Both the position numbers and the translations under genes were made by a program. This document shows, piece after piece, positions 38,900 to 50,781 of a stretch of DNA of 64,000 nt. The notes under the pieces are model-generated. The model made no database searches and was not told the DNA's origin. It saw only the letters and a list, made by a program, of their open reading frames with translations. Numbering within the stretch: the first letter of the stretch is position 1; each line of letters opens with the position of its first letter. Origin of the DNA: a virus; the IMG/VR virus record IMGVR_UViG_3300032267_001484, one strand, 5' to 3'.

Positions 38900-38932
38900 G
38901 ATAATAAATATTATGAATACCCCAAAGACATT
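38881..38932 (-). promoter_or_regulatory. start-codon-sequestering hairpin with late motif in its loop
   Basis: AATGTCTTTGGGGTATTCAT-AATATTTATTATC-ATGAATACCCTAAAACATT. Confidence 0.75.
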
Positions 38933-39776
38933 ATTTATTTTTATATTCTTCTAATACTTTAGTAACATGAGCTACTACTTTATCCCATGAAGCTAAACCA
39001 TCTTCATCTTCATACTGTACTGAATCTGGGCGTCCTAGTTTAATAAATGCTTCTACACGTTCAACAGATGCTGCTGATTTATAGTCGCTATTACCTGAAG
39101 GGTATGGTTTGTAAGAAGTATTAGTATGTTTATATACTTCATTAAAATCTAAACCTAGTTTTTTACAACATTCTTCACCATCTTGAAGAATAGTAAATTT
39201 ATTACCTTCCATATAAGGAGTATAAAAATTTACTAATTCAGAATCCCAATTTCCAATTCTAAAAGCATGCATATCAGCATCACGAAATTCAGCCTTACAG
39301 TCTGGGTAAATTTGATGGTCTCCACTATGTACACCTAGCGCGATAGCTACTTCTTGACCTACAGTACAATCATCTGTAATAGGTTTAGTTGCAATTGAGA
39401 GTGCTACTGCTTGAATAAGTGAAGCAAAGATTTTATTACGATTAGGAACAACAGTATCTTTCATATTGTCTTGTTCGTAATGTCCTTCAGGAACATCCCA
39501 TCCACCTTCAACTAATGCTGAATTGAGTAATTGAGACAATCCATCTAATTTAATAATTTGGTGGGTTAAGTTACCATAAATAGGTTTACCACCACATCCA
39601 CAATTTTTTTCATTTACATAAGCAACCAATGATTGTGCTCGCTCGAGTTCTACTCGGTGTTTTTGACCATAATCAAATGAGAGAGCTGTTACATCGTAAT
39701 CATTTGCAAGGAGGTGGAGAAGTAATGTTGATGAATCCATTCCACCTGAGAGGGATAAAACTGCTTGTTTTTTCAT
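38931..39776 (-). CDS. queC: 7-cyano-7-deazaguanine synthase
   Basis: SGGMDS, FDYGQKH, VPNRN, IYPDC. Confidence 0.93.
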   Translation of the reverse strand: MKKQAVLSLSGGMDSSTLLLHLLANDYDVTALSFDYGQKHRVELERAQSLVAYVNEKNCGCGGKPIYGNLTHQIIKLDGLSQLLNSALVEGGWDVPEGHYEQDNMKDTVVPNRNKIFASLIQAVALSIATKPITDDCTVGQEVAIALGVHSGDHQIYPDCKAEFRDADMHAFRIGNWDSELVNFYTPYMEGNKFTILQDGEECCKKLGLDFNEVYKHTNTSYKPYPSGNSDYKSAASVERVEAFIKLGRPDSVQYEDEDGLASWDKVVAHVTKVLEEYKNK

Positions 39777-39836
39777 TTTTAAAACAATTAATTGAAACTG
39801 TATTTATTTATTAAACGCTTACGTTTCGTTCAAGCG

Positions 39837-40622
39837 TTATTTAATATATTCTTTAAACTTTTGCACATTAAAGATAATATCTTCTTTTTGCTCGCTCAAA
39901 TCTTTTTCAAAATAATAAGCAAGTTTTTCTTTTGGTTTATAAGTTAAACCATTTTCTTGATATCTATTTCCTTCAGCTCCAACTAAAATTGGATTTGATG
40001 TATCACATGAGCGAATAAATTTCCAATCCTTATAAACCATAAATTCTTGGGGTAAGGAACAACCTAACAGATGATGGTAGTAGTTTTCATGTATAGTTCC
40101 TTTTTCAACTAATCGTCTAATAAACTCCATTCTACCATACATTTGATTCTTTAATGGATCCTCATATCCTAATTCTTGATAAGCAATACTAGAATGATTA
40201 AATGCTATGTGTTTGTAACCTAAATCAACTAGTGTTTGGTATGTAGATATTAATTCACCCATATCTCTACCTTGGCATACAGCCATTAATTCAACATCTA
40301 ATTCTTTTAGTTGTTTACTATAATTAATCATCCAATGCTTAGCACTTCTTATAGTTGTAATACTATCATTCCAAGCATCAGGAACAATGAATATATTAGG
40401 ATGTAATAATTCAATTTTTGAAAGTAAATCTTCTATTGTATGTGTTACTCCTTCAAACAATCCATTATCCATAATAATGAATCGTTTATCTTTTTTAGCT
40501 TTAGTAAAGAATAAATTATACTGTTGTGATTTATCTAATAAGTGAGGAAGACAATAATCATAATCATTCCACTCATAAGCATATTGCATTAGGCTAAGAG
40601 GTAATTCGTGTGAGATTTTCAT
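39837..40622 (-). CDS. TGT/DpdA-like TIM-barrel protein (candidate deazaguanine transglycosylase)
   Basis: IMDNG, VPD, AVCQG, HHLLG, SCDTS match the TGT motif order; lies between queD and queC. Confidence 0.65.
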   Translation of the reverse strand: MKISHELPLSLMQYAYEWNDYDYCLPHLLDKSQQYNLFFTKAKKDKRFIIMDNGLFEGVTHTIEDLLSKIELLHPNIFIVPDAWNDSITTIRSAKHWMINYSKQLKELDVELMAVCQGRDMGELISTYQTLVDLGYKHIAFNHSSIAYQELGYEDPLKNQMYGRMEFIRRLVEKGTIHENYYHHLLGCSLPQEFMVYKDWKFIRSCDTSNPILVGAEGNRYQENGLTYKPKEKLAYYFEKDLSEQKEDIIFNVQKFKEYIK

Positions 40623-40807
40623 TTACAATGCTTTAACTTTGACTTTAATTTATCTAATTTAATTTGTTTCCACCATTTACCCATATTACCTGATGGTTGA
40701 AAGTCTTCCCAATTTTCAAATTCATCTTCCCAATACCCTTCAGTATAAGGAGGAGCAATAATTAATTCGTGTTTTTTAAGAGGAGTTTTTTTCTTTTTAT
40801 CCTTCAT
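40619..40807 (-). CDS. hypothetical protein
   Basis: Likely start MKDKKK; overlaps the relic queD stop. Confidence 0.5.
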   Translation of the reverse strand: MKDKKKKTPLKKHELIIAPPYTEGYWEDEFENWEDFQPSGNMGKWWKQIKLDKLKSKLKHCK

Positions 40808-40947
40808 AAATAGCAGTATTCTTTCCATTCCTTGCTTCGTCCTGTAATAAAGTTATATGGTCTGTCTTTAAGACCTAATCCAATATAAAATACTTCTCCT
40901 GTTATTGGATTAGAATGTTGGTATATACAATGCAGTGTTTTTTTCAT
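40804..40947 (-). pseudogene. truncated GIY-YIG endonuclease remnant
   Basis: MKKTLHCIYQHSNPITGEVFYIGLGLKDRPY...RSKEW, 47 aa, overlapping the queD 3' end. Confidence 0.7.
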
Positions 40948-41374
40948 GTTCTCTTACTTCCACTTGTTTTATTTTAACTCTTCCATTGGAGTCACTTATA
41001 ACCCATGGATTAAGTTTACTATAAATATATTCAGCAAACTTCTCACACCCAACAGCTGGAATTATTCTTAGCTGAATGATACCTAATTGGTCCATGGTTT
41101 TAAATCCCCCCAAGCCAGGGTCATCTTCAGCTACAATTGTAGTATGATCAAACATATAATCCATCCATTCTTTAGGGCTCAATCCATCTATTTTATATTG
41201 TGAGCGCTTAGCATGTCCAAAATCCCAAACCCAATTACGTTCATCGAGTTCGCCTTCGAACCATACTCTGAATGATATTCCATAACCGTGGAGGAATCTG
41301 CAATGTGTTCCTTCTGCCTTCCATTGACGAAACACTGTACTATAACCGTCAAATAATTTAGTTGATTGAAACAT
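40910..41374 (-). CDS. queD: 6-carboxytetrahydropterin synthase
   Basis: HCRFLHGY, WDFG, FDHT, GCEKFA, EHEKNTA. Confidence 0.92.
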   Translation of the reverse strand: MFQSTKLFDGYSTVFRQWKAEGTHCRFLHGYGISFRVWFEGELDERNWVWDFGHAKRSQYKIDGLSPKEWMDYMFDHTTIVAEDDPGLGGFKTMDQLGIIQLRIIPAVGCEKFAEYIYSKLNPWVISDSNGRVKIKQVEVREHEKNTALYIPTF

Positions 41375-41375
41375 A

Positions 41376-41565
41376 TTAATCTTTTTTTACATTAATTGAG
41401 GGTCTAAAAAGAATTGTACAAAGGATATTTAAACCAATTGCTTGCCAAAATGTAACTTCAGATAACCCAAATAGTTCAGGCATTAACCAATTCCATAACA
41501 ACATAACCGGGTAACCCAACAACACTACTATAATGGCTATTGTTCCAAAGAAGAGTGCGATTGCT

Positions 41566-41582
<17 letters not shown>
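41376..41582 (-). CDS. small membrane protein
   Basis: LWNWLMPELFGL..TFWQA. Confidence 0.7.
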
Positions 41583-43802
<2,220 letters not shown>

Positions 43803-43864
43803 TGTTTGTTTTTTAAATAAATAATTTGATAAAATTGTAGTTATAAATATAGTATATACCGTAA

Positions 43865-45241
43865 TTAGCTTTCAAGTCTAAAAAACTTCTTTTGAAGCAT
43901 TTGTCTTTCTTCAACGTCAACACTTGAAAAGTCATTTACAGGTTTACCATTAGAAGTTGTTTCAATATCATCATCATCAATCGGATTAGAATCTACTTCA
44001 ATAAATCCATTTGATGTGTTGATTTTGGTTTTAAAGGTCATTCCATCGGCTCCATATCTATTTTTCATAATATGAAAACGACCTGTGCCCTCAATTTTAT
44101 CTTTACGTTTACGAGCTAAGGATATAATAATATCACCAATCATAATTTTTTCATATGATCCAGCTGCATTATCACCTTCAATAATATCTGATTTAGCAGC
44201 ACCTCTATTTGCTTGAGATGGTGATATCAGAGGTATACCTTTTTCTTTAGCAAATGCTTTAGCAGCAACATAAACATCGTCAATTTCTTCTTTACGATCT
44301 TTTCTAGAACGTGTACGCATGTAATCCAAATAGTCTATAATGATCATATCTGGTTTAAATTCGTTTTGATGTTCTAGTTGCTGGAGGTGTGCTTCGATTG
44401 TATCGAATGATGCTCTTTTAGGTGGATATTCTTTAATAATAACCTTACCTTTTACTTTACCTACTATTTCATCTACTTCTTTACGGTGTAGATGAAGTTT
44501 ATCTACCTCAATACCAGAGAAGATAGCATCGTAGCGTTTACCAACATATCCTTCACCTAATTCAAGTGAATAATGTACTACATTATACCCTAATGCTGCT
44601 GCATAAGCACCCATTGCTGATATAGCCCATGATTTACCCCCACCTGGATTGCCAAACATAAGTACTAAATCACCTTTACCATACCCACCTTGAGTTAATT
44701 CGTTAAATGTAGCCCAAGGGAATGGAATTGTGTTTCTATCATCTTCACGGTATCTAGCTTCAATATCTAGATTGTAATCTAGACCTACAGTTTTGTCTTC
44801 ACCCGACTTTACTGCTTTACTAATTAATTGAAGGATACTATCAAAATCGTTTACTTCGAGTAGTTGTACTGAATTTAGAATTGCTGTTTTAACTTGTTGG
44901 TTACGACAGAATGAACTAAATTCGGCTTCAACCCACTCAATATCACGCTGATCAGCCATTTTATAGGCATCTTTAAGTGCTTCTACGATTGATATCCTTA
45001 ATACTTCATTTTCAATCTTTTTCACCTCAATAGACATTGTTTCTACTGTTGGTGTAGTATGATATTCTGAGAAGTATTTTTGAATGTATTCAACAACCCA
45101 TTTATGTGCTGATGATTCAAAATATTCTGAGTCTAGTGAATCAATAATATTGATTAGAAACTGTCGTTGTGTTAGGAGAGCACCCAATACTTTAATTTGG
45201 AATGCTGACCCGTATTGATTTAATTTACTTAATGTTGTGAT
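43865..45241 (-). CDS. dnaB: DnaB-like replicative helicase (start extended to ATC at 45241)
   Basis: GNPGGGKS, IIDYLD, SQANR, KNRYG; frame open upstream of the track's TTG start. Confidence 0.88.
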   Translation of the reverse strand: MTTLSKLNQYGSAFQIKVLGALLTQRQFLINIIDSLDSEYFESSAHKWVVEYIQKYFSEYHTTPTVETMSIEVKKIENEVLRISIVEALKDAYKMADQRDIEWVEAEFSSFCRNQQVKTAILNSVQLLEVNDFDSILQLISKAVKSGEDKTVGLDYNLDIEARYREDDRNTIPFPWATFNELTQGGYGKGDLVLMFGNPGGGKSWAISAMGAYAAALGYNVVHYSLELGEGYVGKRYDAIFSGIEVDKLHLHRKEVDEIVGKVKGKVIIKEYPPKRASFDTIEAHLQQLEHQNEFKPDMIIIDYLDYMRTRSRKDRKEEIDDVYVAAKAFAKEKGIPLISPSQANRGAAKSDIIEGDNAAGSYEKIMIGDIIISLARKRKDKIEGTGRFHIMKNRYGADGMTFKTKINTSNGFIEVDSNPIDDDDIETTSNGKPVNDFSSVDVEERQMLQKKFFRLES

Positions 45242-45268
45242 AGGTACCTCCTTTATTTTATAACCTTA

Positions 45269-45949
45269 TTAATTGTATTTCCACATAAATCCACCTGCTG
45301 TCTTTGCTAGTCCTGTTACTACGTTTTTGATTCCTTTTATACCAGTTTCATTTCTAGCTTCAGTAATAGATTTATATTCTTTTAATATATTGTTGTTTTT
45401 ATCTAATTGTATTACAGGTTTAGATTTAACTTCAATACATTTTTGTCTATTATTTTTAATATTCAAACACCAATCTAAATTATGTTTTTTGCCTATCCTA
45501 ACTAAAGATATATTCTTTCTATGTTGTTCACTTTTAGGTTTATTATAATTTCCATGCTCACTTCCTTGTTTATAATTTAATGATGTTAAACCAATTCTAC
45601 CTTTACTAATTTTATCACCGTGATTTAAAGCAATACCTTTTTTAGCTTTGCTTATTTTTTCTTTTGTTTCTTCAGATAATCCTGAATTTCCAAAGGGTTT
45701 ATTTGTTTTATTATAGAAATTAGGATTATTTTCAACATCATAATAATTTAACCAGTATGTTTCTCGTTCTATAAGATGATTAATACTATCACAGTGTTCA
45801 ATTATTTCTTTTTTAAAACTATGTTTACCATATTCTTTAATAGCAATCTTTAAATCAGCACCAGAACCAATATAATTAGGATCATTATTTTTGTCTTTAC
45901 CTATATACTGTTTACCAGTAATTAGATTTGTTGTTTTATATATTACCAT
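45269..45949 (-). mobile_element. GIY-YIG homing endonuclease with NUMOD3/NUMOD1-like domains
   Basis: IYKTTN...YIG...YIGSG, SEETKEKISKA, KSITEA...TAGGFMW. Confidence 0.9.
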
Positions 45950-46000
45950 AATATTATTTATAATAAATATATGACAATACTAGATAAATTAAATCCTATA

Positions 46001-46225
46001 TTATTCTTTGTTATAAGTTTCGTTATAATATTGTTCTGCTTCTGATATTCTTGATTCTAGGCTAAAATGAGGGGTTTTTTGTCCATTTATATTAGCATTA
46101 GTTATCTGCTCTTTTTCCATTGCTTTGGCTTGTTGAATAGCATTATATGTTGTTGCGTCATATTTAGCCATTGCTTTTGGTATTAGTTGTTCAACTAACC
46201 AATCTACTGCTGTTTGTTGTACCAT
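46001..46225 (-). CDS. hypothetical phage protein
   Basis: QTAVDWL...AKAMEKEQI...AEQYYNETY. Confidence 0.7.
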   Translation of the reverse strand: MVQQTAVDWLVEQLIPKAMAKYDATTYNAIQQAKAMEKEQITNANINGQKTPHFSLESRISEAEQYYNETYNKE

Positions 46226-46252
46226 ATTTTATTTAATTTTTATAACCTAAAT

Positions 46253-47284
46253 TTATTTGAAAGAATTTGGATAACCAAATAGTTGAGTTAACCACGATTG
46301 TACATTAGGAATACTTTCTCCTAATTTATCATTATGATATAATTGCAAAAATATAGGTATATTTAATTCATAAGAATTAGTAAATGCTTGTTTAACTAAC
46401 TGTTTGTTATCCGGTGATAAAAAATCTCCATCCAAAGACATCAGCCTTCTATTAATTTCTAGTTGATGTCTTCTTTCTACAACAGATAGATATAATTTAT
46501 TTTCATTGATTAGTTCAGCGGATTTTTCTATTATACTCTCTAAAGTAACCCTATTACCTGTTAACTCAGGAAACAGCTTGATTATTTTTTTAGGACCTAA
46601 ACCACTAATACCAGGAACATTATCAGATTGATCACCTAACAATATTTTGTAGTTGATAAAATTATTACAACTAACACCATATTCTTCTTTTACTTCTTTA
46701 GGTGTGTATGTTTTCTTTTTAGTAGGAGAATAACAATGAACTTTATTACTTACTAATTGTAAGAAGTCCTTATCAGCAGACATAATAGTTACTTTTTGAG
46801 TTTCTTCATGTGGCTCAAATTTAGTAGCTACATATCCAATAATATCATCTGCTTCTAGTCCATCAATACTAATTACAGTTACAGGTAGGCATTTTAAATA
46901 TTGAACCAATCTTTCCATTTGGTTACTGATGCTTTCCTGTTCTTCATCCTTAGAACTAAAAATATCATAATTAGTAATACGGCTCGTATTACGATTTGTT
47001 TTATAATCAGGGAATAAGTTACGTCTAGCATTTGAACCTCCTACGCCATCAAATACAATGACAATTTTAGTTGGGTCTACCATTCTGATAGCATAACCAA
47101 CTGATTTTAAAAACCCGGTAAGACCACCTATGTGGTGGCCATCCGGGTTTATGTGGTTTACCATAGTGAAGTTTCTCAAAAAGGTATTGAGACCGTCTAT
47201 GATTAAAATTGAATTGAGTTCTTTGCGTATATCAGGTTGGATGTTAGAGAGTAATTCTTGGTATTTACTCGACATCAGCTTCAA
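46253..47284 (-). CDS. 5'-3' exonuclease (PolI N-terminal/RNase H-like)
   Basis: IIDGLN, VFDG, EADDII, SADKDFLQL, GDQSDNVPG. Confidence 0.92.
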   Translation of the reverse strand: MKLMSSKYQELLSNIQPDIRKELNSILIIDGLNTFLRNFTMVNHINPDGHHIGGLTGFLKSVGYAIRMVDPTKIVIVFDGVGGSNARRNLFPDYKTNRNTSRITNYDIFSSKDEEQESISNQMERLVQYLKCLPVTVISIDGLEADDIIGYVATKFEPHEETQKVTIMSADKDFLQLVSNKVHCYSPTKKKTYTPKEVKEEYGVSCNNFINYKILLGDQSDNVPGISGLGPKKIIKLFPELTGNRVTLESIIEKSAELINENKLYLSVVERRHQLEINRRLMSLDGDFLSPDNKQLVKQAFTNSYELNIPIFLQLYHNDKLGESIPNVQSWLTQLFGYPNSFK

Positions 47285-48344
47285 TTACGTCTTTAATATT
47301 TTCGTTCATTTCATCTTCTTCAACAATATCAAAGTCAGTTGAACCAAGAATTTGGAGCCAATTACTAGAATTAGCCTTTTTATACTCGTCAATTGCTTTT
47401 TTATCATCTTCAATAAATCCGTGAACGGTCATTACTGTTGTACCTTTTGTTTGCACTCCGGTAATGTGATTCTTGTCTACTGAGATTTTGGTGCGTTTAG
47501 CAAACTCAACATCTTTACCATTCTTAGTTGCTTTGATTTTACTTGTACCACTATTGGTTACATTACCAAATGTTACTACAAGTGATGAATCAAAGAACAT
47601 AGTATCACCGCCTTTATTTTTAATTTTAGGCATTTCCATTGGTACTGATGGTTTAGCTACCCATACTTTATTTACAGCAATAAACGTATTCGTATACGGT
47701 TTATTTTCTTTACGTGATAGCGTAATTTGCTGATTGATAAAATTACCAAATGTTTGAGACATTGCTCCAGCGTTCCATTCGTTGTTATTGCTAGATTTTT
47801 CAACACTTAATCTACATGGAATAGATCCAACTGAGTCCCATAGGAAGCAGATATCATATGGTAGTTTGCCTTTGGCTTGTTCATTTAGTAAATCAGCCAT
47901 AAACGCACCTACATCTTCAATTGTGTTAAGTGAGCCTCTGTCTACATAAATAAAGAATCCTTTATAATCTGTAATTTCACCTGTTTCTTCATTAACTACA
48001 GGTTGCATTTCAAATCCCATTGTTTGAGCATGTTCCCAATTCCATTTCATTTCAGTAACAATAAACACAGGCAATATACCCATCTTTTGTGCTGCTACTG
48101 CTGCTTCAAGCATGGCTGTTGTTTTGCCGGTATCCGAGTGACCACGTAACAAAGTTATGTGGCCCATCGGAATGCCAGGCAATGACAGTACATCTTGGAA
48201 TGCTTTAGAAAGCGGAATCCAGCGTTGTGGTTTGAACTTAACAGACTGATCTAGAAATTTGGATTTTTTAAACGAGTCAATGTCGAATGACTTTTTAAGT
48301 GACTCAGATACCACTGACGTTAAACTGTCTTTACTTTTTGCCAT
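47265..48344 (-). CDS. RecA/UvsX-like recombinase
   Basis: GHSDTGKTT, WDSVGS, KGG. Confidence 0.87.
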   Translation of the reverse strand: MAKSKDSLTSVVSESLKKSFDIDSFKKSKFLDQSVKFKPQRWIPLSKAFQDVLSLPGIPMGHITLLRGHSDTGKTTAMLEAAVAAQKMGILPVFIVTEMKWNWEHAQTMGFEMQPVVNEETGEITDYKGFFIYVDRGSLNTIEDVGAFMADLLNEQAKGKLPYDICFLWDSVGSIPCRLSVEKSSNNNEWNAGAMSQTFGNFINQQITLSRKENKPYTNTFIAVNKVWVAKPSVPMEMPKIKNKGGDTMFFDSSLVVTFGNVTNSGTSKIKATKNGKDVEFAKRTKISVDKNHITGVQTKGTTVMTVHGFIEDDKKAIDEYKKANSSNWLQILGSTDFDIVEEDEMNENIKDVIEADVE

Positions 48345-48346
48345 TA

Positions 48347-49171
48347 TTAGTCGTTAAATAGGTCATTAAATTTATCTGCATTGCTTGTTTTAGCAGGTGC
48401 TGTTTCGAGTGAATAAGCAGGTGTTACTGATTTATTCATCTCAGCAATAAAATCATCACTACTTTCTACTTTAGGTGCAGATGGGGTTTCAGATGTTGAT
48501 TCATCTTCAGGATTTAACCACTTAGTCAACACTTCTTTAAGTTGATCATAAGAATATTTACGATTAATAGCAAGGATATCAGGTTGTTCTTCAAGTGCTT
48601 TTTCTACCAAGGTAGCATCTTCAGAAATTGGAGTTGATTTTACTTTAGGACGAAGAGTACATTTAATACCTTTCCTACCAGCAACCATATCTTCAGTTGC
48701 TTCGATTGTAAAATCACGACCATCAGTGATGTCTGTAAAATCACCATAATCATCATCAGCAGCGATGCCAAGAAGTTGATCATGAGTCAATTTACCAAAT
48801 TCCCACAAACGAGCACCCAAATGTTCTTCACCACGTACTAGTACAGCTGCAAAGAAACGAGATTTAGGACTAATTTTGTTTGCCAATTGCCAATCTTCTT
48901 TATCAGATGACTTACGAAGATTTTTAGCGAAATCAGCAATTGGATCAGCTTCTTGCCAATTGGTAAGAGCCAAAATTGGTCCTTTAGCAAACCCATAATG
49001 GAATTGTACTTCGCGGATAGGCCATGACTTATCATACTTGTTAGGTAGGATACGTACTTGATACTTACCGGCTTTTGGTTTAAAGAAAATTTTACTGTAA
49101 TCAATTTTTTCACGTTGTTGCCCTTTGTTTTGAGCAGCGGCTAACTTCTGCTTTACCAGATTAAGATCCAT
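48347..49171 (-). CDS. single-stranded DNA-binding protein (gp32-like)
   Basis: VRILP, D..GRDF, acidic tail DLFND. Confidence 0.82.
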   Translation of the reverse strand: MDLNLVKQKLAAAQNKGQQREKIDYSKIFFKPKAGKYQVRILPNKYDKSWPIREVQFHYGFAKGPILALTNWQEADPIADFAKNLRKSSDKEDWQLANKISPKSRFFAAVLVRGEEHLGARLWEFGKLTHDQLLGIAADDDYGDFTDITDGRDFTIEATEDMVAGRKGIKCTLRPKVKSTPISEDATLVEKALEEQPDILAINRKYSYDQLKEVLTKWLNPEDESTSETPSAPKVESSDDFIAEMNKSVTPAYSLETAPAKTSNADKFNDLFND

Positions 49172-49190
49172 AACTATTATAATTTAGAAT

Positions 49191-49222
49191 TAAATATAAG
49201 ATTTTTTGTTTGGACAACCAAA
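49191..49222 (-). promoter_or_regulatory. Bacteroidota sigma-A-type promoter
   Basis: TTTG-N20-TATATTTA. Confidence 0.7.
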
Positions 49223-49226
49223 CTTC

Positions 49227-49961
49227 TTAAGACTGAGCAGCCATTTTTACTTTATCTGCTTTGGAGCCAATTATTTCCCCTGCATCTTTTCTATCGTCTA
49301 TTGCAATATTGAATAGGGAATTAGTGTCTGTATTTCCTTGCCTAATTTCTCTCTTTATAGAGTTGGCGAATTTTCTAAACCATCCTGGTCCATTCCATGT
49401 AGCATAAGCGAAATGGAAGAACAATCTAGGATCAGATTTAATTATTTGTTGTTCTTTGGGACTGAAGTGTACTTTAAAAAGTCTTTCAAATTCAGGTTCC
49501 ATCATCTGGGAGGCTAGGTCTTGTAATTGTCCTTTTATTTCACCTCCGTCATAATATCTTGTCCATTTTTCAGGATTTTTCTTTTTATTAGCATCGATTA
49601 ACTCCCAAAACTTCCTACCAGCATCCGATGTATTTAATTTACCACCTGTTTTTCTATCAATGCCAAACATAGTTTCGCCTGATTTGCTAAATACTCGTTT
49701 TTCACGTTTGTTAGTTAATTGAGATGGATTAACATATGCTCCTTCTAGACTATCGATAACGCTTTTAGTAGCTTTATTAAATTCAGATTGAACACTTACT
49801 ATTTTTTCATCAGGAGCTTTATCACGATTTAAATAAGTTAAACCTCCAGCGGCAGCAGCTGCTGCAAACATAGGAGCCATAATTTTTGATTTCCAATTTG
49901 CTTCATCAACTTGTTGTTGCTCTTCTAAAACTTGATTAGCTATGTCTAGTAGTTTGATCAT
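49227..49961 (-). CDS. GH108-like lysozyme-domain protein
   Basis: LEGAYVNP...GETMFGID resembles GH108 EGGY..GxTxxGI. Confidence 0.65.
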   Translation of the reverse strand: MIKLLDIANQVLEEQQQVDEANWKSKIMAPMFAAAAAAGGLTYLNRDKAPDEKIVSVQSEFNKATKSVIDSLEGAYVNPSQLTNKREKRVFSKSGETMFGIDRKTGGKLNTSDAGRKFWELIDANKKKNPEKWTRYYDGGEIKGQLQDLASQMMEPEFERLFKVHFSPKEQQIIKSDPRLFFHFAYATWNGPGWFRKFANSIKREIRQGNTDTNSLFNIAIDDRKDAGEIIGSKADKVKMAAQS

Positions 49962-50311
49962 TAAGAAATTGTTAAATTAAAATTACCAGTTCCTTTTAAA
50001 TAGTATGTAGTTCCAATAACATTAGACGTTGGAGTAAATGTTAAAGATGAAACACCAACAGGAATAATAACAGAAGCAATATATGGAGATGAAACAAATT
50101 CCATAGAAGCAGGTACAACCCAAGCCCCTTCAGTATTTTTTGGAGAAGAACCACTAACATAAAACCCATCAGGATTAGGTATTGTTTCTATAGTAAAATA
50201 GTTAACAGTATTTCCTGAATTGGTGAAGGTAAATGTTTTTAATCCTGCTGCTGTGAAATTTTCACCTAATGTTCCTTGTCCAGATAGTTGTGCTGCTGTA
50301 TAAGTTGCCAT
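49961..50311 (-). CDS. beta-rich probable virion protein
   Basis: Thr/Ser/Gly-rich, few charged residues. Confidence 0.55.
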   Translation of the reverse strand: MATYTAAQLSGQGTLGENFTAAGLKTFTFTNSGNTVNYFTIETIPNPDGFYVSGSSPKNTEGAWVVPASMEFVSSPYIASVIIPVGVSSLTFTPTSNVIGTTYYLKGTGNFNLTIS

Positions 50312-50781
50312 TATTTATTAAGGTCTATAATTTTATAAATAGCAGTGTCTAATTTACGCAATTCAGGGCCAGTATTAAGTAATATACAGTTTTTATAATC
50401 AGCCCAATTAATAATATATTTGGTATCTAGTATACCACCATTTAATTGTCTAATCAATGCATTGAGTGCATTAATAGTATATAGTGTATTACTTTCCTTT
50501 TTACGATGCAATAGAATAGTATTAGGCAATGGATCTTCAGATACATTACCTGTATCGATGTTATAAGTACACATCAATTCCTTACTTTGAGGTGATTCAA
50601 GAATGAATACCTTGTTGTAAAGTATTGTATAGCGACGATTTATATTGCTAACTGTTGCTTCTAGCTCGTCTTGTGTAGTAAAGGTGCAGAATAATTTATT
50701 CATTAAAAGATCTGAGTTGAATAGCATCTCATTACTTATAAATATGTCTGGAGTAAGGATAAATGATGTTTTTTGATCCAT
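50311..50781 (-). CDS. conserved-type phage hypothetical protein (start uncertain, possibly 50703)
   Basis: NKLFCTF...HRKKESNTLYTINALN. Confidence 0.7.
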   Translation of the reverse strand: MDQKTSFILTPDIFISNEMLFNSDLLMNKLFCTFTTQDELEATVSNINRRYTILYNKVFILESPQSKELMCTYNIDTGNVSEDPLPNTILLHRKKESNTLYTINALNALIRQLNGGILDTKYIINWADYKNCILLNTGPELRKLDTAIYKIIDLNK

